Shown here: positions 45,702 to 55,297 of the stretch, in pieces
How positions within the stretch are numbered: the first letter of the stretch is position 1
Layout of the letters: each line of letters starts with the position of its first letter
From: Candidatus Krumholzibacteriota bacterium
GTDB taxonomy: Bacteria > Krumholzibacteriota > Krumholzibacteriia > JAJRXK01
Reading direction: 5' to 3'
NCBI GenBank assembly: GCA_963764625.1
Contig: CAVXTH010000009.1
Location: forward strand, 672,001-736,000
Length of the DNA: 64,000 bases
Position numbers and translations under genes: made by a program
Notes under the pieces: model-generated
What the model saw: only the letters and a program-made list of their open reading frames with translations
Databases searched by the model: none
What the model was told of the DNA's origin: nothing

Positions 45702-48700
45702 ATGCATTCGCATCGCCTTACGCCTCCGTGCTTTCCCGGGGCACGGAGGGGACTTTGGTTCCTCTTGCTCCTTCTTGCGATCGGAGCGCGTCCCGCCGCG
45801 GCGGGCGGGGAGAGCTGGCGCGCGCGGATTCTGAATGCCTCGGGCTGGGGCCCCTGGATCGCGCTGGGCCCCAAGGAGCTGCCCGAGCGACTTCCGGCTC
45901 CCGGCGCGCTCTTGTCTCGTCTCGAAGTCTTGATCCCCGCGGGGGCGGAGGCAGTGGAGATGATGGGCACCCGCCGGGGCGAAGAGGGCGAGCTGCGCCG
46001 GGTCAGCCTTTGGCGAGCGCCGCAAGGTTCTCCCCGCACGCTTCGTCTGGGTGTTTCGGGCACCTCGGCCGAAATGACCGCCGGCACGCAGCCGATGGGA
46101 ACAATCGAGGCGACGCCGATTGGCCCACCGCTTCCCGCCGCCACCTCGACGATCGCGGGCACGCTGCTCTACCGCGACCGGATCTTCGACCTCTCAGGGT
46201 ACACCGGGGCCACGCGCTCTCTACCTCTGCGTCATCTTCGGGTCGAGCTCACGCGGGCGGCGGACGATTCGCTGCTCGCATCGACCAGTAGCGCCGCCGA
46301 CGGGAGTTTCTCGCTCGCTTTCGAACCGGCGGCGCCGATGGACGTGCGGATTCGTATTCGCAGCGAGGTGGAAGGCCTGCCGGGGGTCCAGGCTCGAGTT
46401 CTGGATCAAGCGGGACCCGGCGGAGATCTGAGTCAAGCGCAGACTCTGTCTCGCGAGGTGATTCAAATCACCGGCGTAGGTCCCGGCATCAGCCTCGATC
46501 TTTCGAGTTTGCTTCTGAGCGACGATCAGAGCAACGACACCCTCGGGGCGTTCAATCTACTGGATTGTCTCCTGGACGCGGTCGAGTTGCTTCAAGAGCC
46601 GGGCTGGCTCGCCACGGCTCCCTCCGCGATGCCGCCGGCCATCTGGTCCCCTTCCTCTACCCAGGGATTCAGCAGCTATCAGGATGGGGTGCTTCGCATC
46701 GCCAGTCCGGCCGGAGGCGATGACGACTCGTGGTCGGACAGCGTCGCTTTGGCTCTGCTGGGTGAGTGGTTCCTGCAGACCTACGGAAGGGTGGATCTCA
46801 GTCTGGGCTTCTCTGGTCTCGACCTCGACCGCGATCCGCTGAGCTCGTTCGGAGACGGGGCGGCCCTCGTCTTCGCCTCTCTGGTGCGCCAGCACCGCGC
46901 TCTCACCCGCCAGGACGACAACGGCCAGCCGGCAGACAGGAAAGTCAGTGTTTTCGCCGACCTGAGTTTTCCCCCGCCTTTGGGCTTTCCGGGTTCGGCG
47001 CAGGATGGCTTCAACCTGGAGACCAGGACGTTGAGTTACGGCGGCAGCATCGCTCCCCGCGGTCAGCGCTCGTTGAGCAATGTCGCCGCCATGCTGTGGG
47101 ACCTCGTCGACGACGTGAACACACCGGACGGCGTTGCGCAGGACGACGACCCGCGCTCGGACGCCGCTGTGGATGGCGGCGCGCGCTTCTTCCAGATCAC
47201 GACCAGTGACCTGGTGGCATTGCCTCCTGCGCAAGCCATCAGTTACGAGGGCTTTCATGAAGCCTACAGGAGCGAGTACGGCGAAGATGCGGCCCTCTTT
47301 CAAATCGCGGTGACGGAGGGCAGGACGGCTCTCTTCGACGACGCCTTCGAGCCGGATGACGATTGGCAGCAGCTGGCCGCCGAGACTCCCTGGGTACAGC
47401 CTGAGCCCTTGGCGGACGCCGGTGTCGTGATCGGCGAGCTCTTCTTGGGCGATTCCGACTGGGTCGAGCTGACGAATGCCGGCCAAAGCGCGGTCTCCTT
47501 GCAGGGCTGGAGCGTGATGGCGCACCGCAACGGTTTCAGCACCGGAAGCGAACGGATCGCCACCCTTCCCGCCGGTTTCGTGCTGCTGCCGGGTCGCAGC
47601 GTGGTGCTGCACGAGGGCGGATCGGTTTCCGCCGACACCGAGCTCGATCTCTTCTTTCCCAGCTGGAGCATCCCATGGAAAGAGGGAGCGGACGGTGCTT
47701 GCACTGTTCTGGACGATGCGACGAACGCGGTCGACTTCCTCCGTTGGGACGGAGACCAGTCCAGCGGAGAATCGGTGCCCCCCGGGATCGCCTTCATCGG
47801 TACCCTGAACTCTCCTGGGTTCGCAAGCTCCCTCGCCCGCGACAGTCTCGCCACCGACACGGACGCCGCGGCGGACTTTCAAGCCAGAGCGCCCACTCCT
47901 CGCGCGCCCAACGCCTCGTTCATGGGGCTCCACACGCTCAGGCCCCGGGGCGATTCGGACCATCTGCGTCTGAGCCTGATGCAAGATGATCTCTGCTATC
48001 TGCTGGTGGCCGGCGAGAGGGAGGCGCCGCTGAGCACAGTGAGTCTGCTGGATTCCCTGGGGACCATGGTGGAACAGGCCGATTCCATTCCCGGCGCGAA
48101 CCACTCGACCCTCATGAAATTCACCGAGGGTTCGGGCGGAGAGCGCAACTTCGAATTGAAGGAAAAGTCCTCTATCCGCATCGCCACCGCGGTGAGCTGG
48201 GGGGCCTGGATCCCCTGGGGTGCGGTGGTCGTGCACGCGGTGCAGGATCTCAGGGCGACCCCGCACCTGGAGAGCCTCGTAGACGATCCGGTCGACCTGA
48301 GCTGGACGAACGACGGAGACTACGATTCGCTGCAGATCACCCTGGATACCGTGCCGATCGCGACGGTGCCGGATACGACGCAGTACTTCGAGACCCAGGT
48401 CGCGGCGGGGCACCACCTCTTTGACGTAGTGCCCTGGTTTACCGGAGCTTCAGGGCCAAAGAGAAGCGCGAGTGTCTTCGTGGGGAGCACTCCGTGTTCG
48501 GTCGGCACGGGTTTCGAACCCAGCGACCCCTCGCTGCTCAATTTGACCGGATTTGCCGTCGTCGATAAGAATTTCAGCGGCACCAAGGCGCTCTTGGATC
48601 ACGCCGACATCGCCATGGCCTACTCACCCGACGACACCGCGGTGGCCGAGCTCCAAGACCCGGTGGATTTGACTTCGCAGAGCGTCTTGAACTTCACGCA

Positions 48701-50144
48701 CGCGGCTCATCTCGCGCTCGACGGGGACTACGCAGCGGTCGAGCTGAGCGTGGACGACGGGGGGCATTGGCAGGAAATCGCGCGGTACCTGGGGAGCGAT
48801 CACGACGGCTCGGACGGAGCGGATTGGACGGATTTCATACTGCAACCCGGGGACTGGATCAGCGAGAGTCTCGACCTCTCCGCCTACGCGGGAGAACGCG
48901 CGCGCATTCGATTCGTCAGGGTCAGCGATGCCTCCGGGGTGAGCCTGGGCTGGATCATCGATGATGTCTTCTTCGGCACGGATTGCGGCACGACCCTCTG
49001 GGTCAGCAACGCGGGCAGCGACGATTTCGGCTGCGGGCACCCGGAGAGACCCTTCGCGTCCATCTCCGTCGCCGCGGCGGCGAGCGCGGTGGGGGACACC
49101 ATTCATCTGGCGGCGGGCAACTACTCCGCCACCGTCGACCTTCTGCTCGATGGTTCGCAGCGTCCGGTGAATGCCGCGCTTCCAGGGGGCCGTTCGCTGG
49201 TGGGAGAGGGGATGGGCGCAAGCGTGCTCCAGGTGGCTCCACTCGGCACGGGAATCTACGCGGGGCCGGCTTCCGGTTGGGCACAGGGCGATAGCGCCGT
49301 CGTGCGCGGGCTCAGTCTGCAGACGGGAAGTCGCGGTCTGCGCGTCGACGAGGGCAGCGTGCGCGTCGAGGACCTGGGCTTTGTCGGGCAGGGGACCGCC
49401 ATCCTCGTAGAGGGAGGCAGTGCCGAGATCGAGAGGGCCTTCATCACGGAGGCCGGCCGGGTCGCGAGGCAGGCGGCGGGAAGCCTCGCCCTGAGACACT
49501 GCACAGTCACGGGCATGGAGCGGGCGCTCTTCGTGCAGTACGGCGCCGATTCCACCACGATCGAAACGAGCATCTTCAGCCAGATTTCCGAGTCTGTGAT
49601 CGAACTCGAGGTGGGCGCACCGTTGCCGACCATTGACTGCAACGATTTCTACGGGCTCTCACAGAGCCAGCAGAGCTTCGTGGGATTGGACGATCCGCGG
49701 GGGGTCGATGGCAACTTGGCGGTGCCTCCCTACTATTGCGATCCCTATGCGGGCGATTATCAGCTCTCACAGGAATCACCGCTCCTGAACGCGTCCGGGT
49801 GCGGTCTCATCGGAGCGTTCGGGGAGGGCTGTGCTCTCACCGCGGTGAGCGCGCCGCCTTCGCTCGGTTTCACGCGGATCCTCTCGAATCAGCCCAATCC
49901 ATTCAACCCGAGCACGAGAATTCGGTTCGAACTCGCCTATTCCGGCCGGGTCGAGATGAAGATCTACGACGCCCGAGGCCGGGAGCTCACGACTCTGCTT
50001 TCGCAGAAGCTCACCGCCGGAAAGCACTTCGTGGACTGGAACGGGCGGGACTCGCGAGGAAGGCCACTGGCCAGTGGCGTCTACTATCTGCGTCTCTCCG
50101 CCGCGGGAGCCGTTTCCACCCGGGCGCTCGTGCTCTTGAAATGA
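45702..50144 (+). CDS. Large secreted multidomain protein (degenerate metallopeptidase-like region, lamin-tail domain, jelly-roll, parallel beta-helix, C-terminal FlgD-Ig/T9SS-like domain)
   Basis: VVIGEL...DWVELTN.G...VSLQGW (LTD); VELSVDDG.HW...GWIIDDV; LWVSNAGSD...PFASI..A...GDTIHLAAGNY (DUF1565-like); NQPNPFNPST...WNGRDSRGRPLASGVY...LVLLK. Start uncertain. Confidence 0.75.
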   Translation: MHSHRLTPPCFPGARRGLWFLLLLLAIGARPAAAGGESWRARILNASGWGPWIALGPKELPERLPAPGALLSRLEVLIPAGAEAVEMMGTRRGEEGELRRVSLWRAPQGSPRTLRLGVSGTSAEMTAGTQPMGTIEATPIGPPLPAATSTIAGTLLYRDRIFDLSGYTGATRSLPLRHLRVELTRAADDSLLASTSSAADGSFSLAFEPAAPMDVRIRIRSEVEGLPGVQARVLDQAGPGGDLSQAQTLSREVIQITGVGPGISLDLSSLLLSDDQSNDTLGAFNLLDCLLDAVELLQEPGWLATAPSAMPPAIWSPSSTQGFSSYQDGVLRIASPAGGDDDSWSDSVALALLGEWFLQTYGRVDLSLGFSGLDLDRDPLSSFGDGAALVFASLVRQHRALTRQDDNGQPADRKVSVFADLSFPPPLGFPGSAQDGFNLETRTLSYGGSIAPRGQRSLSNVAAMLWDLVDDVNTPDGVAQDDDPRSDAAVDGGARFFQITTSDLVALPPAQAISYEGFHEAYRSEYGEDAALFQIAVTEGRTALFDDAFEPDDDWQQLAAETPWVQPEPLADAGVVIGELFLGDSDWVELTNAGQSAVSLQGWSVMAHRNGFSTGSERIATLPAGFVLLPGRSVVLHEGGSVSADTELDLFFPSWSIPWKEGADGACTVLDDATNAVDFLRWDGDQSSGESVPPGIAFIGTLNSPGFASSLARDSLATDTDAAADFQARAPTPRAPNASFMGLHTLRPRGDSDHLRLSLMQDDLCYLLVAGEREAPLSTVSLLDSLGTMVEQADSIPGANHSTLMKFTEGSGGERNFELKEKSSIRIATAVSWGAWIPWGAVVVHAVQDLRATPHLESLVDDPVDLSWTNDGDYDSLQITLDTVPIATVPDTTQYFETQVAAGHHLFDVVPWFTGASGPKRSASVFVGSTPCSVGTGFEPSDPSLLNLTGFAVVDKNFSGTKALLDHADIAMAYSPDDTAVAELQDPVDLTSQSVLNFTHAAHLALDGDYAAVELSVDDGGHWQEIARYLGSDHDGSDGADWTDFILQPGDWISESLDLSAYAGERARIRFVRVSDASGVSLGWIIDDVFFGTDCGTTLWVSNAGSDDFGCGHPERPFASISVAAAASAVGDTIHLAAGNYSATVDLLLDGSQRPVNAALPGGRSLVGEGMGASVLQVAPLGTGIYAGPASGWAQGDSAVVRGLSLQTGSRGLRVDEGSVRVEDLGFVGQGTAILVEGGSAEIERAFITEAGRVARQAAGSLALRHCTVTGMERALFVQYGADSTTIETSIFSQISESVIELEVGAPLPTIDCNDFYGLSQSQQSFVGLDDPRGVDGNLAVPPYYCDPYAGDYQLSQESPLLNASGCGLIGAFGEGCALTAVSAPPSLGFTRILSNQPNPFNPSTRIRFELAYSGRVEMKIYDARGRELTTLLSQKLTAGKHFVDWNGRDSRGRPLASGVYYLRLSAAGAVSTRALVLLK

Positions 50145-50162
50145 GCCGGCGCGTGCGGGTCG

Positions 50163-50609
50163 TCAATGCAAAGTGAAGCGCCCCACCCAGTCCCGATTCT
50201 CCGCGAGCTCATCTTCGAGTTGCGTCGGCGACGCTTTCCGCGGGCGCGACCAGCACAGACCATATTCACCGTTTCCCAGGCCCGCGAGTGGAACCACGAG
50301 CCAGTCGCCCTGCGCGGCTCGCTCCGCACCCCAGCGTAGGAGGGTCTTGGTCGACAGAATCTGGCGCAGCTCCAGTGACCCGTCTCCTTGCTCGGAAAGG
50401 TGGACGAGGAGATAGTCCTGTTTCGCGTCGACCGCGAACTCGGAATCCGGCTGCGCGCGCAGATCGAGAACGGTGGTGACCCGGCGCGGAACGAGTTGCT
50501 GATTGTGGCGGCGCGCGAGATCGAACCCTCTCAGCAGGTTCAGGCCCAGCGCCAAAAGAAGCAGAAGGAGAAAATAGAGTGGAAAATCGATCCTGCGGGA
50601 AAGGAACAT
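50163..50609 (-). CDS. Hypothetical membrane-anchored protein
   Basis: ORF with an N-terminal hydrophobic helix that fills the gap between flanking genes. Confidence 0.5.
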   Translation of the reverse strand: MFLSRRIDFPLYFLLLLLLALGLNLLRGFDLARRHNQQLVPRRVTTVLDLRAQPDSEFAVDAKQDYLLVHLSEQGDGSLELRQILSTKTLLRWGAERAAQGDWLVVPLAGLGNGEYGLCWSRPRKASPTQLEDELAENRDWVGRFTLH

Positions 50610-50761
50610 GACTGCCTCGCGGGGGGGAGAGCGGAGCGCGCGCCGCTGCTACGACCGCCACTTGGAACGATGGAGTGGAGATCGAATCGAGTAAAACCCA
50701 CCTAGGCAGAGTGGACAAGCTTCCATTAAGCTGTTCAAGCCTTTCTTAAGGAGGAAGGAAA

Positions 50762-51994
50762 GTGTCTGTCTCCTGGTACCGTCGTAGCCTGGCGGTTCTC
50801 ATTCTGAGCCTCTGCGGCGTTCTCGCCCCCTTGTTGGCGCGGGCTCAACCGGTACCCGCCCACGTCGTACTGGTTTTCATCGACGGCCCTCGCTATACCG
50901 AGAGTTTCGGCGCGCCGTTTCGGATCCCCCGCATCTGGAACGATCTTCGACCGGCCGGCTGCGTTCTGACCGACTATCGCAACGATGGGAAGACCCTCAC
51001 GGTCTCCGGGCACGCGACCACCGTCTGTGGCCGCCATCAGAGTCTCGCGAACGACGGGAGCGAGCGCCCCCACGACCTCACCCTCTTCGAGCGCTATCGC
51101 AAGACGAGCGGGGCTCCCAAGAGCGAGGTCTGGGTGGTGGCGGGGAAGTCGAAGCTGAATGTCCTGGCCTACAGCGATGATCCCGAAGGGGGAGAGGCCT
51201 TTGCGGCTGCGGACACCGTCGGCATGGGGGCTGACATTCCCACCATGAACACGGTGCTTTCCGTGCTCGCACTCCACCACCCCCGATTTACGGTCGTGAA
51301 CCTGCCCGATGTCGACTTGATCGCGCACGGTGGAGATTGGGACGGTTATCTCGCTGCGATCACGCGCGCGGATTCGCTGGTGGGTGTGCTGTGGGACTTT
51401 CTCCAGAGCGATCCCGAATATGCGGGTCGGAGCGCACTGGTCGTGACCGCGGATCACGGGCGTCACGACAATCGCCCCACCGAGCCCCACGACGGATTTC
51501 AGAGCCACGGCGACGCCTGTGAGGGATGCCAGCACATCATGCTGGCCGCCGCCGGGGTGGGATTTAGAAGCGGAGTTCAGATCAGCGCCACGAACGATCA
51601 AGCCGATCTCGGCGCCACCCTGGCGCAGCTCATGGACATCGATGCCAGCGGCATGGAGGGCTTTCCCATCTTCGCCATGCTCGAGACTCCAACCGCCGCG
51701 CCCACGGTTCGTCAAGAGGGCGCGCGAATTTTGGGAGTACGACCACACCCCTTCTACGCAGGGGGAGCAATTCTTCTCGCGCCACGCTCGGGCGCTGCGT
51801 TCCAGCTGAGCATCTTCGATCAGCGAGGGCGATTGGTGAAGATCTTCCATCACGTGGGGATTACGGCGGAGGAGTTTCTGGTACGCTGGGATGGCAGGGA
51901 TGAATCCGGACGCACCGTCGCCAGCGGGGTCTATCAGCTCCGTCTCCGGGACGCGCGGAGCGAAGACCGCTGTTCTCTCACTCTCCTGCAATGA
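50762..51994 (+). CDS. Secreted alkaline-phosphatase-superfamily (phosphodiesterase/sulfatase-like) protein with C-terminal FlgD-Ig-like domain
   Basis: VFIDGPR, TLTVSGHAT (Thr nucleophile), PDVDLIAH and VTADHGRH motifs. C-terminal WDGRDESGRTVASGVY. AGGAGG RBS. Confidence 0.82.
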   Translation: MSVSWYRRSLAVLILSLCGVLAPLLARAQPVPAHVVLVFIDGPRYTESFGAPFRIPRIWNDLRPAGCVLTDYRNDGKTLTVSGHATTVCGRHQSLANDGSERPHDLTLFERYRKTSGAPKSEVWVVAGKSKLNVLAYSDDPEGGEAFAAADTVGMGADIPTMNTVLSVLALHHPRFTVVNLPDVDLIAHGGDWDGYLAAITRADSLVGVLWDFLQSDPEYAGRSALVVTADHGRHDNRPTEPHDGFQSHGDACEGCQHIMLAAAGVGFRSGVQISATNDQADLGATLAQLMDIDASGMEGFPIFAMLETPTAAPTVRQEGARILGVRPHPFYAGGAILLAPRSGAAFQLSIFDQRGRLVKIFHHVGITAEEFLVRWDGRDESGRTVASGVYQLRLRDARSEDRCSLTLLQ

Positions 51995-52036
51995 TGACCG
52001 AGCTCTCTGGATCTTCCCCATCGTCCTAGGGTTTCC

Positions 52037-52357
52037 ATGGTGTTGCAAATGATTCGGCAGGCCGCGAGCCTTCTCCTCCATCGTGAAGGGGACTCGCGGG
52101 TTTATCTCGTGTTGCGAAATCCCGAGCTTCGCTTCCTCGGTGGCTACTGGGCCTTCCCTGGAGGCAGCGTGGGAGCGGCCGACCGTGCGGAGAAGGATCT
52201 CGTGCAGGGCGAGGACGCGGAGTTGGCGTCCTTCCGTTTCTGCGCGGCCCGGGAGATGCTCGAGGAGGTGGGGGTGGACGCATCGACCCCCGCCGCCGGC
52301 GATGCGGCGGCGCTGAGACGGGCCACTCTTAGCCAGAGCCTCGAGTTACGCGCGTGA
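52037..52357 (+). CDS. NUDIX-like N-terminal part of a NUDIX-MBL fusion (frameshift near 52343)
   Basis: RNPELRFLGGYWAFPGG...CAAREMLEEVG (Nudix box). The +1 frame continues SYARDL...LLTPAFYPVRFDTVFF into the next ORF. Confidence 0.75.
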   Translation: MVLQMIRQAASLLLHREGDSRVYLVLRNPELRFLGGYWAFPGGSVGAADRAEKDLVQGEDAELASFRFCAAREMLEEVGVDASTPAAGDAAALRRATLSQSLELRA

Positions 52358-52412
52358 TCTGTCCCAGAGAACCGCGCATGTCGAGGCCCGGTGGTTCCTC
52401 CCAGTCGCGCGC

Positions 52413-53510
52413 TTGCTCACGCCCGCCTTTTACCCGGTGCGATTCGATACCGTTTTCTTCCGCGTGGAGTTAACAGGCCAGGAGCCCGAAGTGTGGCCGG
52501 GGGAATTGACCGAGGGGCGTTGGGAAGAGGCGGCGACCTGGCTCATGCTCTGGCGCAAGGGAGAGCTTTTGCTCGCGCCGCCGATCGTCTTGATACTGCG
52601 GCTCCTGAAGGCGCATGGATGGGATGGCGTTGCGGCAAAACTCGAGTCTCTCAGCGAGGACTTCGAGCGCGGCAAGATCCATCCGATCTTCTTCAATCCG
52701 GCGGTCCAGCTCCTTCCCCTACTCACTCCCACTCTGCCCCCCGCGACGCACACGAACGCGTTCCTTGTGGGAAAAGATCCGGCGTACCTCATCGATCCCG
52801 CTTCGCCCCACCGCGAAGTTCAAGCTCTTTTGGACGAGGCTCTCAGCGACGCGATCGCCGGGGGCGCACGATTGCGTGCCATTCTCCTCACGCACCACCA
52901 TCCCGACCACGTGGGAGCGGTGGAGCACGTGCGCAAGTCCCTCGCGCTGCCCGTCTGGGCCCACGCCACCACCGCCCGGCTCCTTAGGGGGAGAATCGCT
53001 GTGGATCGCGAACTGGAGGACGGGGAGCGCTTAGCTCTGGGCGTTAGCCCCGGCGGCAAGGAAGACTGGGAGCTCGAATGCCACTTCACTCCGGGTCACG
53101 CCGCGGGTCACCTCTGCTACTTCGAACGGGAATACGGGAGTCTGATCGCCGGAGACATGGTCTCCACTCTGTCCAGCATCCTGGTACATCCCGACGATGG
53201 TGATATGATCGATTACATGAGCTCACTGCGCCGTCTTCAAGAATTGCCGGTTCGCGTCGTCTTTCCCGCACACGGACCGGCGAGCAATCAGGGTATCGAA
53301 TTGTTGCGGGCTCAGTATTCACACCGCGAGGATCGTGAGCAGGCGGTCATGAGTTGTGTTTCCAAGGGCACGCGTGAGCTTTCGGAAGTGGTGGCTGAAG
53401 TGTACGAAGACATCCCCGAGGAAATGCGCGAATATGCCGCCTTGAGCGTGCAATCGATTCTGAAGAAGCTCGTCGCCGAGGGGATCGCAGGAGCCAAAGG
53501 AGTGACATGA
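52413..53510 (+). CDS. MBL-fold metallo-hydrolase (LACTB2-like) with winged-helix tail; C-terminal part of the NUDIX-MBL fusion
   Basis: TPTLPPATHTN, THHHPDHVG, TPGHAAGH, AGD and PAHG motifs. Confidence 0.88.
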   Translation: MLTPAFYPVRFDTVFFRVELTGQEPEVWPGELTEGRWEEAATWLMLWRKGELLLAPPIVLILRLLKAHGWDGVAAKLESLSEDFERGKIHPIFFNPAVQLLPLLTPTLPPATHTNAFLVGKDPAYLIDPASPHREVQALLDEALSDAIAGGARLRAILLTHHHPDHVGAVEHVRKSLALPVWAHATTARLLRGRIAVDRELEDGERLALGVSPGGKEDWELECHFTPGHAAGHLCYFEREYGSLIAGDMVSTLSSILVHPDDGDMIDYMSSLRRLQELPVRVVFPAHGPASNQGIELLRAQYSHREDREQAVMSCVSKGTRELSEVVAEVYEDIPEEMREYAALSVQSILKKLVAEGIAGAKGVT

Positions 53511-55297
53511 AGACTCGCGAGAAACTCTCCAAGCTGCGTCAGCTCATGCAAAAGCGCGGTCTCAGCGCCTACCTCGTACCCAGTACGGATGCCCATGACG
53601 ACGAGTACGTGCCGGCTTGCTTTCGGCGGCGCGCATTCATGAGTGGTTTCACCGGCAGCGCCGGAGACCTGGTGGTTCTGCCGGATAAGGCCGGGCTGTG
53701 GACCGACGGACGCTATTTTTTGCAGGCAGCTCAGCAATTGAAGGGAAGCGGAATCAAGCTCTATCGCGCCGGGAATCCGGGCGTGCCCTCCATTGCGGAG
53801 TTCTTGAGGCGTGAACTCCTAGAGGGTGAGAAACTGGGGGCGGATCCCCGAACCCTGAGCCTCTCGCGGGCCGAGTCGTTGAAGGAAGTGCTGAAGAAGA
53901 CGGGCGTGATTCTGAAACCGGTATCCCAGAATCTGGTCGATGCGGTCTGGGACGACCAGCCCGCCATGCCCCGCGAGGAAATCACGCCTCTCCCCAAGAG
54001 CTTCAGCGGGGAGTCTTCGGCGAGCAAGCTCAAGCGCATTCGCAAAGTCATGAAGGAACAGGAAGTCGACGCGCACCTCCTGACCACCCTGGACTCGATC
54101 GCCTGGACTTTCAACATCCGGGGCCGGGACGTCGAGTACAATCCCGTCGTCATTTCGTATGCGCTCATCACCCACCAGGACGCCACTCTCTTCGTCGATC
54201 CTCGCAAAGTCACTACTCGGGTTTTAAGCCATCTGGGCCGCGGCGTGAAAGTGAGAAAGTACGAGTCGATCGAGGCGGCGCTCGAAACTCTCTCGCGGCG
54301 CAAAGTACGCGTGTGGGTGGATGGTGCCACCGCCAATTTATGGGTGGTCGAACTTCTCAAAGGCGCGCGTCTTTCTACCAGACCCTCGCCGGTTCTACGC
54401 ATGAAGTCCGCCAAGAACGAAGTCGAAATCAAGGGAATGAAAGCGGCGCACATCCGTGACGGCGTGGCGATGGTGCGTTTTCTGCGTTGGCTCTTCGAGA
54501 GCGTGCCGGAGGGTGGAGTCACCGAGCTGAGCGCCGCCGCTAAGCTCGAGGGATTTCGTTCGCGGGGCCAACACTTTCGCGGACTCTCCTTCGAGTCGAT
54601 CAGCGCGTATTCCGCGCACGGAGCAGTCATCCACTACTCCGCCGACGAGGAGAGCAACGTCCCCTTGAAACCCAAGGGAATCTATCTCATCGATTCGGGA
54701 GGACAGTATCTCGACGGTACCACCGACATCACGCGCACCTGGCTCTTGGGGGGACGTGCGACGCCATTCCAGCGCCGCAGCTACACGCGCGTGATCCAGG
54801 GCCATATCGCGCTCGCGCGAGCGCGGTTTCCGCGGGGTACCCGGGGGATGCGCCTGGACACTCTCGCCCGCATGTACCTCTGGGAAGACGGCCTGGACTA
54901 CAACCACGGTACGGGCCATGGAGTGGGCGCCTATCTCAACGTACACGAGGGTCCGCAGGCCATCAGCCCAACTCGTTGCACGGGGGTGCCCCTGGAAGAG
55001 GGGAACGTCCTCTCCAACGAGCCCGGATACTACGAGCCCGGCAAGTTCGGCATTCGGATCGAGAATCTGGTCTTGGTGCGCAAGGACGAGGAACTCTCCC
55101 AGGAAGGAGAGAGCTGGTATCGCTTCGAAGACCTCACCTGTTGTCCCTTGGATACGAATTTGATCGAACTCAAACTGCTCTCTCAGACCGAACGTGGCTG
55201 GATCAACGACTATCACGCGTGGGTGAAGAAGAAGTTGAGCAAGAAGCTGAACGAGAAGGACCGGCGCTGGCTCAACCGGGCTTGCCGGCGCATCTAG
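53507..55297 (+). CDS. Aminopeptidase P (Xaa-Pro, M24B) family protein
   Basis: SGFTGSAG, WTDGRY, DSGGQYLDGTTDITRT, HGTGHGVG, VHEGP, SNEPGYY and GIRIEN motifs. Confidence 0.95.
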   Translation: MKTREKLSKLRQLMQKRGLSAYLVPSTDAHDDEYVPACFRRRAFMSGFTGSAGDLVVLPDKAGLWTDGRYFLQAAQQLKGSGIKLYRAGNPGVPSIAEFLRRELLEGEKLGADPRTLSLSRAESLKEVLKKTGVILKPVSQNLVDAVWDDQPAMPREEITPLPKSFSGESSASKLKRIRKVMKEQEVDAHLLTTLDSIAWTFNIRGRDVEYNPVVISYALITHQDATLFVDPRKVTTRVLSHLGRGVKVRKYESIEAALETLSRRKVRVWVDGATANLWVVELLKGARLSTRPSPVLRMKSAKNEVEIKGMKAAHIRDGVAMVRFLRWLFESVPEGGVTELSAAAKLEGFRSRGQHFRGLSFESISAYSAHGAVIHYSADEESNVPLKPKGIYLIDSGGQYLDGTTDITRTWLLGGRATPFQRRSYTRVIQGHIALARARFPRGTRGMRLDTLARMYLWEDGLDYNHGTGHGVGAYLNVHEGPQAISPTRCTGVPLEEGNVLSNEPGYYEPGKFGIRIENLVLVRKDEELSQEGESWYRFEDLTCCPLDTNLIELKLLSQTERGWINDYHAWVKKKLSKKLNEKDRRWLNRACRRI

